NCBI RefSeq assembly: GCF_001194135.2 | Contig: NC_068982.1 | Location: 139,688,764-139,725,833, forward strand | DNA length: 37,070 nucleotides | Reading direction: 5' to 3' | DNA from: Octopus bimaculoides | Taxonomy: Eukaryota | In this document: positions 35,086 to 37,070 of the stretch, in pieces | Layout of the letters: each line of letters begins with the position of its first letter | Position numbering within the stretch: position 1 is the stretch's first letter | Program-made: the position numbers and the translations under genes | The notes under the pieces: generated by a model | Databases searched by the model: none | Seen by the model: the letters and a program-made list of their open reading frames with translations, nothing else | What the model was told of the DNA's origin: nothing

Positions 35086-35385
35086 ATGGTTCTTCGTCGG
35101 TTACGACGATGAGTGTGCCAATTGATCCAATCAACAGAACAGCCTATTCGTGAAGTCAGGGTACATTCGCATATATTTAACGTAGTCCTCAGGGAGATTT
35201 AGAGTGACACAAAGTGCGATAAGGCTGGCCCTTTGAATTGCTGGTATAACACATTTTAATCAGCTGAGAGGACCAGAGTAACGAGAAAAAAAGTGTTTTG
35301 CTGAAGGACAAGGCAGTACCTGGAATTGAACTCACGATCTTATGATGCTGAGTCGAATAGCCTAACCACTAAACCACACCACTTC
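35086..35385 (-). mobile_element. SINE family C, full-length degraded copy
   Basis: The minus strand reads GTGGTGTGGTTTAGTGGTTAGG...GTGAGTTCAATTCC (tRNA-like head), then TTGTCCTTCAGCAAAACACTT..., and a tail GGACTACGTTAA...AGGCTGTTCTGTTGATTGGATCAA...CGTCGTAACCGACG shared with 14231-14387. Confidence 0.85.
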
Positions 35386-35739
35386 TAATATGATTAGAGA
35401 CGCAAATTTCGTCTTCATGTTTGTTTGTTCACACTTTTGTTTCCATGTTTCTATTTACACTCTGTAGTAGAAAGCAGAAAAAAAACATTTCTCACAATAT
35501 ATATTCATTATGTCTCGTTATGACGTAAATATATATTTGTATATACACCCACGTCCTCAGAGTTATTTTGTAGCTAGTTTTACATGCAGAATTACTGTAG
35601 ATGCAAATAAAAGATGGTCAGTATGATTGTGCGTGTGTGTGTGTGCATTTGTGTGTATGTGTGATTGTCTCTGTGTATGTGTATGTGTGGGTGTGTGTTT
35701 GTGAGTGTCTATGTGTGTGTGTGTGCGTGCATATTCTTC

Positions 35740-35963
35740 TATGTTTTCTTCTTTTACTGCGACCATGCTGGAGCACCGCCTTTAGTCGGACAAATGGACT
35801 TATTCCCAGGACTTATTCCATCGGTTTGTTTTGCCGAGCCGTTAAGGTAGAGAGGCGTAAATACACCAACATCGGCTGGCAAGCAATGGTGGGGGACAAA
35901 CACAGACACACAAATACAGACATACAGACACACACAGACACAGACACACATACACACATACAC

Positions 35964-36018
<55 letters not shown>

Positions 36019-36338
36019 NNNNNNNNNNNNNNNNNNNNNNNNNNNNNNNNNNNNNNNNNNNNNNNNNNNNNNNNNNNNNNNNNNNNNNNNNNNNNNNNNN
36101 NNNNNNNNNNNNNNNNNNNNNNNNNNNNNNNNNNNNNNNNNNNNNNNNNNNNNNNNNNNNNNNNNNNNNNNNNNNNNNNNNNNNNNNNNNNNNNNNNNNN
36201 NNNNNNNNNNNNNNNNNNNNNNNNNNNNNNNNNNNNNNNNNNNNNNNNGGCGGGCTTTCATTTTCCGTCAAACAAATCAACTCATAATGCTTTGGTCGGC
36301 CCGAGGCTGGTTATAGTAGAAGACACTCACCCAAGATG
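35740..36338 (-). mobile_element. SINE family B, 5'-truncated copy containing (CA)n and an N gap
   Basis: 35761-35900 is the reverse complement of the family B 3' part. 36249-36338 is the reverse complement of the body (GCTTTGGTCGGCCCGAGGC...TAGTAGAAGACACTCACCCAAG). Confidence 0.85.
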
Positions 36339-36339
36339 T

Positions 36340-36507
36340 AAAATGTTAAAGAAAGAGACCTAGCCCTTTCTTGCAATACATACCAATACATAAATCTCAA
36401 GCAAAATTTTTTCAGGGGCCCTTAAAACACTATTGTGGATCCCGAAATTACAATTTTGTTGCGTGGATCCCCCAAAATTTTATATGGACCCCGGTTGAGA
36501 ACCCCTG
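36340..36507. mobile_element. Right end of a hAT (Charlie/Buster-like) non-autonomous element
   Basis: The terminal GGTTGAGAACCCCTG (36493-36507) is the reverse complement of CAGGGGTTCTCAACC. It is followed by GTCTAAAT, which fits the NTCTARAN-type target site. Subterminal GGGGCCC and GGATCCC motifs are present. The left TIR was not found. Confidence 0.7.
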
Positions 36508-37002
36508 GTCTAAATGCTTTAATTAGACAAAAGCAATAGATTCAGCGGTGCGTATTAAAACAAGTACTGAGAAAAACACATACAGGTAAGAAAGTTGCCA
36601 ACGTGTGAATTTCAAAATTCATGGATTCATGGCTTCTGTAATATGCGTTTAAAAGTGCCCATGATAAATTATTGTAGATTTGGTAGAAATTTGGTCGCAC
36701 GAGCAAATGATTTGTTTCCGGAATTCTAGAAACAAGCACGGTAATTCTTGCTTAGATTGAATGATTTGAACGTACCTTTGACTGACAGAGACATAATCAT
36801 CCCTTTAACAGCGATATCTTAAAATTTTCTTATATCCCCGAATTGTGTGCGTTGTCAACACACACTGACTCAAAAGAAGATATTTTACACAGGCGAAATA
36901 TAATGCCGTTTAGCATGTTCAAGTTGAAACGTGTCGGAAAATGGTAAGAGTGTAATAATTATCATTGTTTTATTCTAGCTGTCATAGGAACTCAACATCA
37001 TA

Positions 37003-37011
37003 TATATACAT

Positions 37012-37070
<59 letters not shown>
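37003..37070. repeat. (TACA)n(CA)n microsatellite
   Basis: Seen directly at the window end. Confidence 0.95.

Overview
AT-rich, gappy animal genomic DNA. It is most likely a coleoid cephalopod (Octopus-like), inferred from the tRNA-derived SINE families I recognise and the very high microsatellite density. There is no intact, recognisable protein-coding gene. Almost all long ORFs in the supplied track are artefacts of N gaps (1157-1904, 5697-5768, 6646-6849, 9168-10102, 13567-14230, 24088-24675, 25496-26050, 36019-36248) or of microsatellites. What can be supported: (1) about 10 copies of three tRNA-derived SINE families, plus a fourth tRNA-like repeat; (2) decayed remnants of a Penelope-like element (GIY-YIG C-terminus with a downstream minimal hammerhead-like motif), an RLE-type non-LTR retrotransposon (CCHC knuckle plus PD-(D/E)xK endonuclease), a mariner transposon and a hAT end; (3) four inverted-repeat or hairpin structures clustered at 2.2-8.6 kb; (4) many simple repeats. 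A chain of small minus-strand candidate exons is reported only as a low-confidence hypothesis. I found no convincing new biological system. The best leads are the two hammerhead-like motifs, the dsRNA hairpin cluster and the unexplained coding-like islands. All family assignments come from remembered motifs and manual translation, not from database searches.
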